From the human T2T-CHM13v2.0 reference genome, Homo sapiens, in assembly GCF_009914755.1 (NCBI RefSeq), contig NC_060927.1: 64,000 nucleotides of DNA; one strand, written 5' to 3'. Below the pieces are notes generated by a model. It saw nothing but the letters and a program-made list of their open reading frames with translations, was not told where the DNA came from and did no database searches. A program made the position numbers and the translations under genes. Shown here in pieces: positions 11,601 through 27,500 of the stretch. Each line of letters starts with the position of its first letter. Position 1 is the stretch's first letter.

Positions 11601-14600
11601 ATATACTGTACATAAAATATCAAAGTACCCCAAATATATATTATATACTGTACATGAAATATCAAAGTTCACAACTATATATTATATACTGTACATAAAA
11701 TATCAAAGTCCCCAAGGTATATATTCTATACTGTACAAAAAATATCAAAGTACACAAAGCATGTATTATATACTGTACATAAAATATGAAATTACATCAA
11801 ATATATATTATAATAGGTACATAAAATATGAAAGTACATCAAATATAGATTATATACTGTACATTAAATACGAAAGTACCCCAAATATATATTTTGTACT
11901 GTACATGAAATATCAAAGTACCCAAGGTATATATTCTATACTGTACAAAAAATATCAAAGTACCCAAAGCATGTATTACAAACTGTACATAAAATATGAA
12001 AGTCCATCAAATATATATTTTATTCTGTACATAAAATATGAAAGTACACCAGATATATATTCTATAGTGTACATAAAATATCAAAGTACCCAAACTATAC
12101 ATTATATACTGTACATAAAATATGAAATTACATCAAATATATATTATATTAGGTACATAAAATATGAAAGTACATCAAATATAGATTATATACTGTACAT
12201 TAAGTACCAAAGTACCCCAAATATATATTTTATACTGTACATGAAATATCAAAGTTCACAAACTATATATTATATACTGTACATAAAATATCAAAGTACC
12301 CAAGGTATATATTCTATACAGTACAAAAAATATCACAGTACCCAAAGCATGTATTATATACTGTACATAAAGTATGAAAGTACATCAAATATATATTTTA
12401 TTCTGTACATAAAATATCGAGGTACACCAGATATATATTCTATAGTGTACATAAAATATCAAAGTACCCAAACTATACATTATATACTGTACATAAAATA
12501 TGAAATTACATCAAATATATATTATATTAGGTACAAAAAATATGAAAGTACATCAAATATAGATTATATACTCTACATTAAATACCAAAGTACCCCAAAT
12601 ATATATTTTATACTGTACATGAAATATCAAAGTTCACAAAGTATATATTATATACTGTACATAAAATATCAAAGTACCCAAGGTATATATTCTATACTGT
12701 ACAAAAGATATCAAAGTACCCAAAGCATGTATTATATACTGTACATAAAATATGAAAGTACATCATATATATATTTTATTCTGTAGATAAAATATTAAAG
12801 TACACCAGATATATATTCTATAGTGTACATAAAATATCAAAGTACCCAAACTATACATTATATACTGTACATAAAATATGAAATTACATCAAATATATAT
12901 TAAGTACATAAAATATGAAAGTACATCAAATATGGATTATATACTGTACATAAAATATCAATGTACACCAAATATATATTATATACTCTACATGAAATAT
13001 CAAAGTTCACAAACTATATATTGTATACTGTCCATAAAATATCAAAGTACCCAAGGTATATATTCTATACTGTACAAAAAATATCAAAGTACCCAAAGCA
13101 TGTATTATATACTGTACCTAAAATATGAAAGTACATCAAATATATATTTTATTCTGTACATAAAATATCAAAGTACACCAGATATATATTCTATAGTGTA
13201 TATAAAATATCAAAGTACCCAAACTATACATTATATACTGTACATAAAATATGAAATTACATCAAATATATATTATATTAGGTACATAAAATATGAAAGT
13301 ACATCAAATATAGATTATATACTGTACATAAAATATCAAAGTACCCCGAATATATATTATATACTCTACATGAAATATCAAAGTTCACAAACTATATATT
13401 ATATACTGTCCATCAAATATCAAAGTACCCAAGGTATATATTCTATACTGTACAAAAAATATCAAGGTACCCAAAGCATGTATTATATACTGTACATAAA
13501 ATATGAAAGTACATCAAATATATATTTTATTCTGTACATAAAATATCAAAGTACACCAGATATATATTCTACAGTGTATATAAAATATCAAAGTACCCAA
13601 ACTATACATTATATACTGTACATAAAATATGAAATTACATCAAATATATATTATATTAGGTACATAAAATATGAAAGTACATGAAGTATAGATTATATAC
13701 TGTACATAAAATATCAAAGTACCCCAAATTTATATTATATACTATACATGAAATATCAAAGTTCACAAACTATATATTATATACTGTACATAAAATATCA
13801 AAGTACCCAAGGTATATATTCTATAGTGTACAAAAAATATCAAAGTACCCAAAGCATGTATTATATACCGTACGTAAAATATAAAATTACATCAAATATA
13901 TATTTTATTCTGTACATAAAATATCAAAGTACACCAGATATATATACTATAGTGTACATAAAATATCAAAGTACCCAAACTATACATTATACACTGCACA
14001 TAAAATATGAAATTACATCAAATATATATTAGGTACATAAAATATGAAAGTACATCAAATATAGATTATATACTGTAAATATAATATCAATGTACCCCAA
14101 ATATATATTTTATACTCTACATGAAATATCAAAGTTCACAAACCATATATTATATACTGTACATAAAATATCAAAGTACCCAAGGTATATATTCTATACT
14201 GTACAAAAAATATCAAAGTACCCAAAGCATGTATTATATACTGTACATAAAATATGAAAGTACATGAAATATATATTTTATTCTGTACATAAAATATCAA
14301 AGTACACCAGATATATATTCTATAGTGTACATAAAATATCAAAGTACCCAAACTATACATTATATACTGTACATAAAATATGAAATTACATCAAATATAT
14401 ATTATATTAGGTACATGAAATTTGAAAGTACATCAAATATAGATTATATACTGTACATAAAATATGAAAGTACCCCAAATATATATTATATACTCTACAT
14501 GAAATATCAAAGTTCACAAACTATATATTATATACTGTACATAAAATATCAAAGTACCCAAGGTATATATTCTATACTTTACAAAAAATATCAAAGTATC

Positions 14601-17600
14601 CAAAGCATGTATTATATACTGTATATAAAATATGAAAGTACATCAAATATATATTTTATTCTGTACATAAAATATCAAAGTACACCAGATATATATTCTA
14701 TAGTGTACATAAAATATCAAAGTACCCAAACTATACATTATATACTGTACATAAAATATGAAATTACAGCAAATATATATTATATTAGGTACATAAAATA
14801 TGAAAGTATATCAAATATAGATTATATACTGTACATTAAATACCAAAGTACCCCAAATATATATTTTATACTGTACATGAAATATCAAAGTTCACAAACT
14901 ATATATTATATACTGTACATAAAATATCAATGTACCCAAGGTATATATTCTATACTGCACAAAAAATATCAAAGTACCCAAAGCATGTATTATATACTGT
15001 ATATAAAATATGAAAGTACATCAAATATATATTTTTTTCTGTACATAAAATATCAAAGTACACCAGATATATATTCTATAGTGTACATAAAATATCAAAG
15101 TACCCAAACTATACATTATATACTGTACATAAAATATGAAATTACATCAAATATATATTATATTAGGTACATAAAATACGAAAGTACATCAAATATAGAT
15201 TATATACTGTACATAAAATATCAAAGTACCCCAATATATATTATATACTGTACATGAAATATCAAAGTTCACAAACTATATATTATGTACTGTACATAAA
15301 ATATCAAAGTACCCAAGGTATATATTCTATACTGTACAAAAAATATCAAAGTACCCAAAGCATGTATTATATAATGTACATAAAATATGAAAGTACATCA
15401 AATATATATTTTATTCTGTACATAAAATATCAAAGTACACCAGATATATATTCTATAGCGTACATAAAATATCAAAGTACACAAACTATACATTATATAC
15501 TGTACATAAAATATGAAATTACATCAAATATATATTATATTAGGTAAATGAAATATGAAAGTACATCAAATATAGATTATATACTGTACATAAAATATGA
15601 AAGTACCCCAAATATATATTATATACTCTACATGAAATATCAAAGTTCACAAACTATATATTATATACTGTACATAAAATATCAAAGTACCCAAGGTATA
15701 TATTCTATCCTGTACAAAAAATATCAATGTATCCAAAGCATGTATTATATACTGTATATAAAATATGAAAGTACATCAAATATATATTTTATTCTGTACA
15801 TAAAATATCAAAGTACACCAGATATATATTCTATAGCGTACATAAAATATCAAAGTACACAAACTATACATTATATACTGTACATAAAATATGAAATTAC
15901 ATCAAATATATATTATATTAGGTACATAAAATATGAAAGTACATCAAATATAGATTATATACTGTAAATATAATATCAATGTACCCCAAATATATATTTT
16001 ATACTCTACATGAAATATCAAAGTTCACAAACCATATATTATATACTGTACATAAAATATCAAAGTACCCAAGGTATATATTCTATACTGTACAAAAAAT
16101 ATCAAAGTACCCAAAGCATGTATTATATACTGTACATAAAATATGAAAGTACATCAAATATATATTTTATTCTGTACATAAAATATCAAAGTACACCAGA
16201 TATATATTCTATAGTGTACATAAAATATCAAAGTACCCAAACTATACATTATATACTGTACATAAAATATGAAATTACATCAAATATATATTATATTAGG
16301 TAAATGAAATATGAAAGTACATCAAATATAGATTATATACTGTACATAAAATATGAAAGTACCCCAAATATATATTATATACTCTACATGAAATATCAAA
16401 GTTCACAAACTATATATTATATACTGTACATAAAATATCAAAGTACCCAAGGTATATATTCTATACTGTACAAAAAATATCAAAGTATCCAAAGCATGTA
16501 TTATATACTGTATATAAAATATGAAAGTACATCAAATATATATTTTATTCTGTACATAAAATATCAAAGTACACCAGATATATATTCTATAGTGTACATA
16601 AAATATCAAAGTACCCAAACTATACATTATATACTGTACATAAAATATGAAATTACAGCAAATATATATTATATTAGGTACATAAAATATGAAAGTACAT
16701 CAAATATAGATTATATACTCTACATTAAATACCAAAGTACCCCAAATATATATTTTATACTGTACATGAAATATCAAAGTTCACAAACTATATATTATAT
16801 ACTGTACATAAAATATCAATGTACCCAAGGTATATATTCTATACTGCACAAAAAATATCAAAGTACCCAAAGCATGTATTATATACTGTATATAAAATAT
16901 GAAAGTACATCAAATATATATTTTATTCTGTACATAAAATATCAAAGTACACCAGATATATATTCTATAGTGTACATAAAATATCAAAGTACCCAAACTA
17001 TACATTATATACTGTACATAAAATATGAAATTACATCAAATATATATTATATTAGGTACATTAAATACGAAAGTACATCAAATATAGATTATATACTGTA
17101 CATAAAATATGAAAGTACCCCAATATATATTATATACTCTACATGAAATATCAAAGTTCACAAACTATATATTATGTACTGTACATAAAATATCAAACTA
17201 CCCAAGGTATATATTCTATACTGTACAAAAAATATCAAAGTACCCAAAGCATGTATTATATAATGTACATAAAATATGAAAGTACATCAAATATATATTT
17301 TATTCTGTACATAAAATATCAAAGAACACCAGATATATATTCTATAGTGTACATAAAATATCAAAGTACCCAAACTATACATTATATACTGTACATAAAA
17401 TATGAAATTACATCATATATATATTAGGTACATAAAATATGAAAGTACATCAAATATATATTTTATTCTGTACATAAAATATCAAAGTACACCAGATATA
17501 TATTCTATAGTGTACATAAAATAACAAAGTACACAAACTATAAATTATATACTGTACATAAAATATGAAATTACATCAAATATATATTAGGTACATAAAA

Positions 17601-18550
17601 TATGAAAGTACATCAAATATAGATTATATACTGTACATATAATATCAATGTACCCGAAATATATATTTTATACTCTACATGAAATATCAAAGTTCACAAA
17701 CCATATATTGTATACTGCACATAAAATATCAAAATACACAAGGTATATATTCTATACTGTACAAAAAATATCAAAGTACCCAAAGCAGGTATTATATACT
17801 GTATATAAAATATGAAAGTACATCAAATATATATTTTATTCTGTACATAAAATATCAAAGTACCCCAGATATATATTCTATAGTGTACATAAAATATCAA
17901 GGTACCCAAACTATATATTATATACTGTACATAAAATATGAAATTACAGCAAATATATATTATATTAGGTACATAAAATATGAAAGTACATCAAATATAG
18001 ATTATATACTGTACATTAAATACCAAAGTACCCCAAATATATATTTTATACTGTACATGAAATATCAAAGTTCACAAACTATATATTATATACTGTACAT
18101 AAAATATCAATGTACCCAAGGTATATATTCTATACTGCACAAAAAATATCAAAGTACCCAAAGCATGTATTATATACTGTATATAAAATATGAAAGTACA
18201 TCAAATATATATTTTATTCTGTACATAAAATATCAAAGTACACCAGATATATATTCTATAGTGTACATAAAATATCAAAGTACCCAAACTATACATTATA
18301 TACTGTACATAAATATGAAATTACATCAAATATATATTATATTAGGTACATAAAATATGAAAGTACATGAAGTATAGATTATATACTGTAGATAAAATAT
18401 CAAAGTACCCCAAATTTATATTATATACTATACATGAAATATCAAAGTTCACAAACTATATATTATATACTGTACATAAAATATCAAAGTACCCAAGGTA
18501 TATATTCTATAGTGTACAAAAAATATCAAAGTACCCAAAGCATGTATTAT
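8500..18550 (+). repeat. Segmental copy A of a ~10-kb block repeated at ~39500-48900
   Basis: Shares private variants with copy B at offsets of 30,970, then 31,348, then 30,346/30,345 (see findings). Confidence 0.85.
11905..12240 (+). repeat. 336-bp 8-monomer variant unit (also at 42251)
   Basis: ATGAAATATCAAAG runs directly into TACCCAAGGT, fusing monomers 1 and 2. Spacing to the next landmark is 336 = 8x42 in both copies. Confidence 0.85.
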
Positions 18551-21500
18551 ATACCGTACATAAAATATAAAATTACATCAAATATATATTTTATTCTGTA
18601 CATAAAATATCAAAGTACACCAGATATATATACTATAGTGTACATAAAATATCAAAGTACCCAAACTATACATTATACACTGTACATAAAATATGAAATT
18701 ACATCAAATATATATTAGGTACATAAAATATGAAAGTACATCAAATATAGATTATATACTGTAAATATAATATCAATGTACCCCAAATATATATTTTATA
18801 CTCTACATGAAATATCAAAGTTCACAAACCATATATTATATACTGTACATAAAATATCAAAGTACCCAAGGTATATATTCTATACTGTGCAAAAAATATC
18901 AAAGTACCCAAAGCATGTATTATATACTGTATATAAAATATGAAAGTACATCAAATATATATTTTATTCTGTACATAAAATGTCAAAGTACACCAGATAT
19001 ATATTCTATAGTGTACATAAAATATCAAAGTACCCAAACTATACATTATATACTGTACATAAAATATGAAATTACATCAAATATATATTAAGTACATAAA
19101 ATATGAAAGTACATCAAATATAGATTATATAGTGTACATAAAATATCAATGTACACCAAATATATATTATATACTCTACATGAAATATCAAAGTTCACAA
19201 ACTATATATTATATACTGTCCATAAAATATCAAAGTACCCAAGGTATATATTTTATACTGTACAAAAAATATCAAAGTACCCAAAGCATGTATTATATAC
19301 TATACCTAAAATATGAAAGTACATCAAATATATATTTTATTCTGTACATAAAATATCAAAGTACACCAGATATATATTCTACAGTGTATATAAAATATCA
19401 AAGTACCCAAACTATACATTATATACTGTACATAAAATATGAAATTACATCAAATATATATTATATTAGGTACATAAAATATGAAAGTACATGAAGTATA
19501 GATTATATACTGTACATAAAATATCAAAGTACCCCAAATTTATATTATATACTATACATGAAATATCAAAGTTCACAAACTATATATTATATACTGTACA
19601 TAAAATATCAAAGTACCCAAGGTATATATTCTATAGTGTACAAAAAATATCAAAGTACCCAAAGCATGTATTATATACCGTATGTAAAATATAAAATTAC
19701 ATCAAATATATATTTTATTCTGTACATAAAATATCAAAGTACACCAGATATATATACTATAGTGTACATAAAATATCAAAGTACCCAAACTATACATTAT
19801 ACACTGCACATAAAATATGAAATTACATCAAATATATATTAGGTACATAAAATATGAAAGTACATCAAATATAGATTATATACTGTAAATATAATATCAA
19901 TGTACCCCAAATATATATTTTATACTCTACATGAAATATCAAAGTTCACAAACCATATATTATATACTGTACATAAAATATCAAAGTACCCAAGGTATAT
20001 ATTCTATACTGTACAAAAAATATCAAAGTACCCAAAGCATGTATTATATACTGTACATAAAATATGAAAGTACATCAAATATATATTTTATTCTGTACAT
20101 AAAATATCAAAGTACACCAGATATATATTCTATAGTGTACATAAAATAACAAAGTACACAAACTATAAATTATATCCTGTACATAAAATATGAAATTACA
20201 TCAAATATATATTAGGTACATAAAATATGAAAGTACATCAAATATAGATTATATACTGTACATTAAGTACCAAAGTACACCAAATATATATTTTATTCTG
20301 TACATAAAATATCAAAGTACACCAGATATATATTCTATAGTGTACATAAAATATCAAAGTACCCAAACTATACATTATATACTGTACATAAAATATGAAA
20401 TTACAGCAAATATATATTATATTAGGTAAATGAAATATGAAAGTACATCAAATATAGATTATATACTGTACATAAAATATGAAAGTACCCCAAATATATA
20501 TTATATACTCTACATGAAATATCAAAGTTCACAAACTATATATTATATACTGTACATAAAATATCAAAGTACCCAAGGTATATATTCTATACTGTACAAA
20601 AAATATCAAAGTATCCAAAGCATGTATTATATACTGTATATAAAATATGAAAGTACATCAAATATATATTTTATTCTGTACATAAAATATCAAAGTACAC
20701 CAGATATATATTCTATAGTGTACATAAAATATCAAAGTACCCAAACTATACATTATATACTGTACATAAAATATGAAATTACAGCAAATATATATTATAT
20801 TAGGTACATAAAATATGAAAGTACATCAAATATAGATTATATACTCTACATTAAATACCAAAGTACCCCAAATATATATTTTATACTGTACATGAAATAT
20901 CAAAGTTCACAAACTATATATTATATACTGTACATAAAATATCAATGTACCCAAGGTATATATTCTATACTGCACAAAAAATATCAAAGTACCCAAAGCA
21001 TGTATTATATACTGTATATAAAATATGAAAGTACATCAAATATATATTTTATTCTGTACATAAAATATCAAAGTACACCAGATATATATTCTATAGTGTA
21101 CATAAAATATCAAAGTACCCAAACTATACATTATATACTGTACATAAAATATGAAATTACATCAAATATATATTATATTAGGTACATAAAATACGAAAGT
21201 ACATCAAATATAGATTATATACTGTACATAAAATATGAAAGTACCCCAATATATATTATATACTCTACATGAAATATCAAAGTTTACAAACTATATATTA
21301 TGTACTGTACATAAAATATCAAACTACCCAAGGTATATATTCTATACGGTACAAAAAATATCAAAGTACCCAAAGCATGTATTATATAATGTACATAAAA
21401 TATGAAAGTACATCAAATATATATTTTATTCTGTACATAAAATATCAAAGAACACCAGATATATATTCTATAGTGTACATAAAATATCAAAGTACCCAAA

Positions 21501-24500
21501 CTATACATTATATACTGTACATAAAATATGAAATTACATCAAATATATATTATATTAGGTACATAAAATATGAAAGTACATCAAATATAGATTATATACT
21601 GTAAATATAATATCAATGTACCCCAAATATATATTTTATACTCTACATGAAATATCAAAGTTCACAAACCATATATTATATACTGTACATAAAATATCAA
21701 AGTACCCAAGGTATATATTCTATACTGTACAACAAATATCAAAGTACCCAAAGCATGTATTATATACTATACCTAAAATATGAAAGTACATCAAATATAT
21801 ATTTTATTCTGTACATAAAATATCAAAGTACACCAGATATATATTCTACAGTGTACATAAAATATCAAAGTACCCAAACTATACATTATATACTGTACAT
21901 AAAATATGAAATTACATCAAATATATATTATATTAGGTACATAAAATACGAAAGTACATCAAATATAGATTATATACTGTACATAAAATATCAAAGTACC
22001 CCAATATATATTATATACTGTACATGAAATATCAAAGTTCACAAACTATATATTATGTACTGTACATAAAATATCAAAGTACCCAAGGTATATATTCTAT
22101 ACTGTACAAAAAATATCAAAGTACCCAAAGCATGTATTATATAATGTACATAAAATATGAAAGTACATCAAATATATATTTTATTCTGTACATAAAATAT
22201 GAAAGTACACCAGATATATATTCTATAGCGTACATAAAATATCAAAGTACACAAACTATACATTATATACTGTACATAAAATATGAAATTACATCAAATA
22301 TATATTATATTAGGTAAATGAAATATGAAAGTACATCAAATATAGATTATATACTGTACATAAAATATGAAAGTACCCCAAATATATATTATATACTCTA
22401 CATGAAATATCAAAGTTCACAAACTATATATTATATACTGTACATAAAATATCAAAGTACCCAAGGTATATATTCTATACTGTACAAAAAATATCAAAGT
22501 ATCCAAAGCATGTATTATATACTGTATATAAAATATGAAAGTACATCAAATATATATTTTATTCTGTACATAAAATATCAAACTACACCAGATATATATT
22601 CTATAGCGTACATAAAATATCAAAGTACACAAACTATACATTATATACTGTACATAAAATATGAAATTACATCAAATATATATTATATTAGGTACATAAA
22701 ATATGAAAGTACATCAAATATAGATTATATACTGTAAATATAATATCAATGTACCCCAAATATATATTTTATACTCTACATGAAATATCAAAGTTCACAA
22801 ACCATATATTATATACTGTACATAAAATATCAAAGTACCCAAGGTATATATTCTATACTGTACAAAAAATATCAAAGTACCCAAAGCATGTATTATATAC
22901 TGTACATAAAATATGAAAGTACATCAAATATATATTTTATTCTGTACATAAAATATCAAAGTACACCAGATATATATTCTATAGTGTACATAAAATATCA
23001 AAGTACCCAAACTATACATTATATACTGTACATAAAATATGAAATTACATCAAATATATATTATATTAGGTAAATGAAATATGAAAGTACATCAAATATA
23101 GATTATATACTGTACATAAAATATGAAAGTACCCCAAATATATATTATATACTCTACATGAAATATCAAAGTTCACAAACTATATATTATATACTGTACA
23201 TAAAATATCAAAGTACCCAAGGTATATATTCTATACTGTACAAAAAATATCAAAGTATCCAAAGCATGTATTATATACTGTATATAAAATATGAAAGTAC
23301 ATCAAATATATATTTTATTCTGTACATAAAATATCAAAGTACACCAGATATATATTCTATAGTGTACATAAAATATCAAAGTACCCAAACTATACATTAT
23401 ATACTGTACATAAAATATGAAATTACAGCAAATATATATTATATTAGGTACATAAAATATGAAAGTACATCAAATATAGATTATATACTGTACATTAAAT
23501 ACCAAAGTACCCCAAATATATATTTTATACTGTACATGAAATATCAAAGTTCACAAACTATATATTATATACTGTACATAAAGTATCAATGTACCCAAGG
23601 TATATATTCTATACTGCACAAAAAATATCAAAGTACCCAAAGCATGTATTATATACTGTATATAAAATATGAAAGTACATCAAATATATATTTTATTCTG
23701 TACATAAAATATCAAAGTACACCAGATATATATTCTATAGTGTACATAAAATATCAAAGTACCCAAACTATACATTATATACTGTACATAAAATATGAAA
23801 TTACATCAAATATATATTATATTAGGTACATAAAATACGAAAGTACATCAAATATAGATTATATACTGTACATAAAATATGAAAGTACCCCAATATATAT
23901 TATATACTCTACATGAAATATCAAAGTTCACAAACTATATATTATGTACTGTACATAAAATATCAAACTACCCAAGGTATATATTCTATACTGTACAAAA
24001 AATATCAAAGTACCCAAAGCATGTATTATATAATGTACATAAAATATGAAAGTACATCAAATATATATTTTATTCTGTACATAAAATATCAAAGAACACC
24101 AGATATATATTCTATAGTGTACATAAAATATCAAAGTACCCAAACTATACATTATATACTGTACATAAAATATGAAATTACATCATATATATATTAGGTA
24201 CATAAAATATGAAAGTACATCAAATATATATTTTATTCTGCACATAAAATATCAAAGTACACCAGATATATATTCTATAGTGTACATAAAATAACAAAGT
24301 ACACAAACTATAAAATATGTACTGTACATAAAATATGAAATTACATCAAATATATATTAGGTACATAAAATATGAAAGTACATCAAATATAGATTATATA
24401 CTGTACATATAATATCAATGTACCCGAAATATATATTTTATACTCTACATGAAATATCAAAGTTCACAAACCATATATTGTATACTGCACATAAAATATC

Positions 24501-27500
24501 AAAATACACAAGGTATATATTCTATACTGTACAAAAAATATCAAAGTACCCAAAGCAGGTATTATATACTGTATATAAAATATGAAAGTACATCAAATAT
24601 ATATTTTATTCTGTACATAAAATATCAAAGTACACCAGATATATATTCTATAGTGTACATAAAATATCAAGGTACCCAAACTATATATTATATACTGTAC
24701 ATAAAATATGAAATTACAGCAAATATATATTATATTAGGTACATAAAATATGAAAGTACATCAAATATAGATTATATACTGTACATTAAATACCAAAGTA
24801 CCCCAAATATATATTTTATACTGTACATGAAATATCAAAGTTCACAAACTATATATTATATACTGTACATAAAATATCAATGTACCCAAGGTATATATTC
24901 TATACTGCACAAAAAATATCAAAGTACCCAAAGCATGTATTATATACTGTATATAAAATATGAAAGTACATCAAATATATATTTTATTCTGTACATAAAA
25001 TATCAAAATACACCAGATATATATTCTATAGTGTACATAAAATATCAAAGTACCCAAACTATACATTATATACTGTACATAAATATGAAATTACATCAAA
25101 TATATATTATATTAGGTACATAAAATATGAAAGTACATGAAGTATAGATTATATACTGTAGATAAAATATCAAAGTACCCCAAATTTATATTATATACTA
25201 TACATGAAATATCAAAGTTCACAAACTATATATTATATACTGTACATAAAATATCAAAGTACCCAAGGTATATATTCTATAGTGTACAAAAAATATCAAA
25301 GTACCCAAAGCATGTATTATATACCGTACATAAAATATAAAATTACATCAAATATATATTTTATTCTGTACATAAAATATCAAAGTACACCAGATATATA
25401 TACTATAGTGTACATAAAATATCAAAGTACCCAAACTATACATTATACACTGTACATAAAATATGAAATTACATCAAATATATATTAGGTACATAAAATA
25501 TGAAAGTACATCAAATATAGATTATATACTGTAAATATAATATCAATGTACACCAAATATATATTTTATACTCTACATGAAATATCAAAGTTCACAAACC
25601 ATATATTATATACTGTACATAAAATATCAAAGTACCCAAGGTATATATTCTATACTGTGCAAAAAATATCAAAGTACCCAAAGCATGTATTATATACTGT
25701 ATATAAAATATGAAAGTACATCAAATATATATTTTATTCTGTACATAAAATGTCAAAGTACACCAGATATATATTCTATAGTGTACATAAAATATCAAAG
25801 TACCCAAACTATACATTATATACTGTACATAAAATATGAAATTACATCAAATATATATTAAGTACATAAAATATGAAAGTACATCAAATATAGATTATAT
25901 AGTGTACATAAAATATCAATGTACACCAAATATATATTATATACTCTACATGAAATATCAAAGTTCACAAACTATATATTATATACTGTCCATAAAATAT
26001 CAAAGTACCCAAGGTATATATTTTATACTGTACAAAAAATATCAAAGTACCCAAAGCATGTATTATATACTATACCTAAAATATGAAAGTACATCAAATA
26101 TATATTTTATTCTGTACATAAAATATCAAAGTACACCAGATATATATTCTACAGTGTATATAAAATATCAAAGTACCCAAACTATACATTATATACTGTA
26201 CATAAAATATGAAATTACATCAAATATATATTATATTAGGTACATAAAATATGAAAGTACATGAAGTATAGATTACATACTGTACATAAAATATCAAAGT
26301 ACCCCAAATTTATATTATATACTATACATGAAATATCAAAGTTCACAAACTATATATTATATACTGTACATAAAATATCAAAGTACCCAAGGTATATATT
26401 CTATAGTGTACAAAAAATATCAAAGTACCCAAAGCATGTATTATATACCGTATGTAAAATATAAAATTACATCAAATATATATTTTATTCTGTACATAAA
26501 ATATCAAAGTACACCAGATATATATACTATAGTGTACATAAAATAACAAAGTACCCAAACTATACATTATACACTGCACATAAAATATGAAATTACATCA
26601 AATATATATTAGGTACATAAAATATGAAAGTACATCAAATATAGATTATATACTGTAAATATAATATCAATGTACCCCAAATATATATTTTATACTCTAC
26701 ATGAAATATCAAAGTTCACAAACCATATATTATATACTGTACATAAAATATCAAAGTACCCAAGGTATATATTCTATACTGTACAAAAAATATCAAAGTA
26801 CCCAAAGCATGTATTATATACTGTACATAAAATATGAAAGTACATCAAATATATATTTTATTCTGTACATAAAATATCAAAGTACACCAGATATATATTC
26901 TATAGTGTACATAAAATAACAAAGTACACAAACTATAAATTATATCCTGTACATAAAATATGAAATTACATCAAATATATATTAGGTACATAAAATATGA
27001 AAGTACATCAAATATAGATTATATACTGTACATTAAGTACCAAAGTACACCAAATATATATTTTATTCTGTACATAAAATATCAAAGTACACCAGATATA
27101 TATTCTATAGTGTACATAAAATATCAAAGTACCCAAACTATACATTATATACTGTACATAAAATATGAAATTACAGCAAATATATATTATATTAGGTAAA
27201 CGAAATATGAAAGTACATCAAATATAGATTATATACTGTACATAAAATATGAAAGTACCCCAAATATATATTATATACTCTACATGAAATATCAAAGTTC
27301 ACAAACTATATATTATATACTGTACATAAAATATCAAAGTACCCAAGGTATATATTCTATACTGTACAAAAAATATCAAAGTATCCAAAGCATGTATTAT
27401 ATACTGTATATAAAATATGAAAGTACATCAAATATATATTTTATTCTGTACATAAAATATCAAAGTACACCAGATATATATTCTATAGTGTACATAAAAT

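Noticed and set aside
14136-14360. Sole minus-strand ORF suggesting an inversion or antisense gene
   Set aside because: The + strand sequence here is in the normal orientation. The ORF is explained by a single C-to-G change (TACATGAAAT near 14266) that removes a minus-strand stop.
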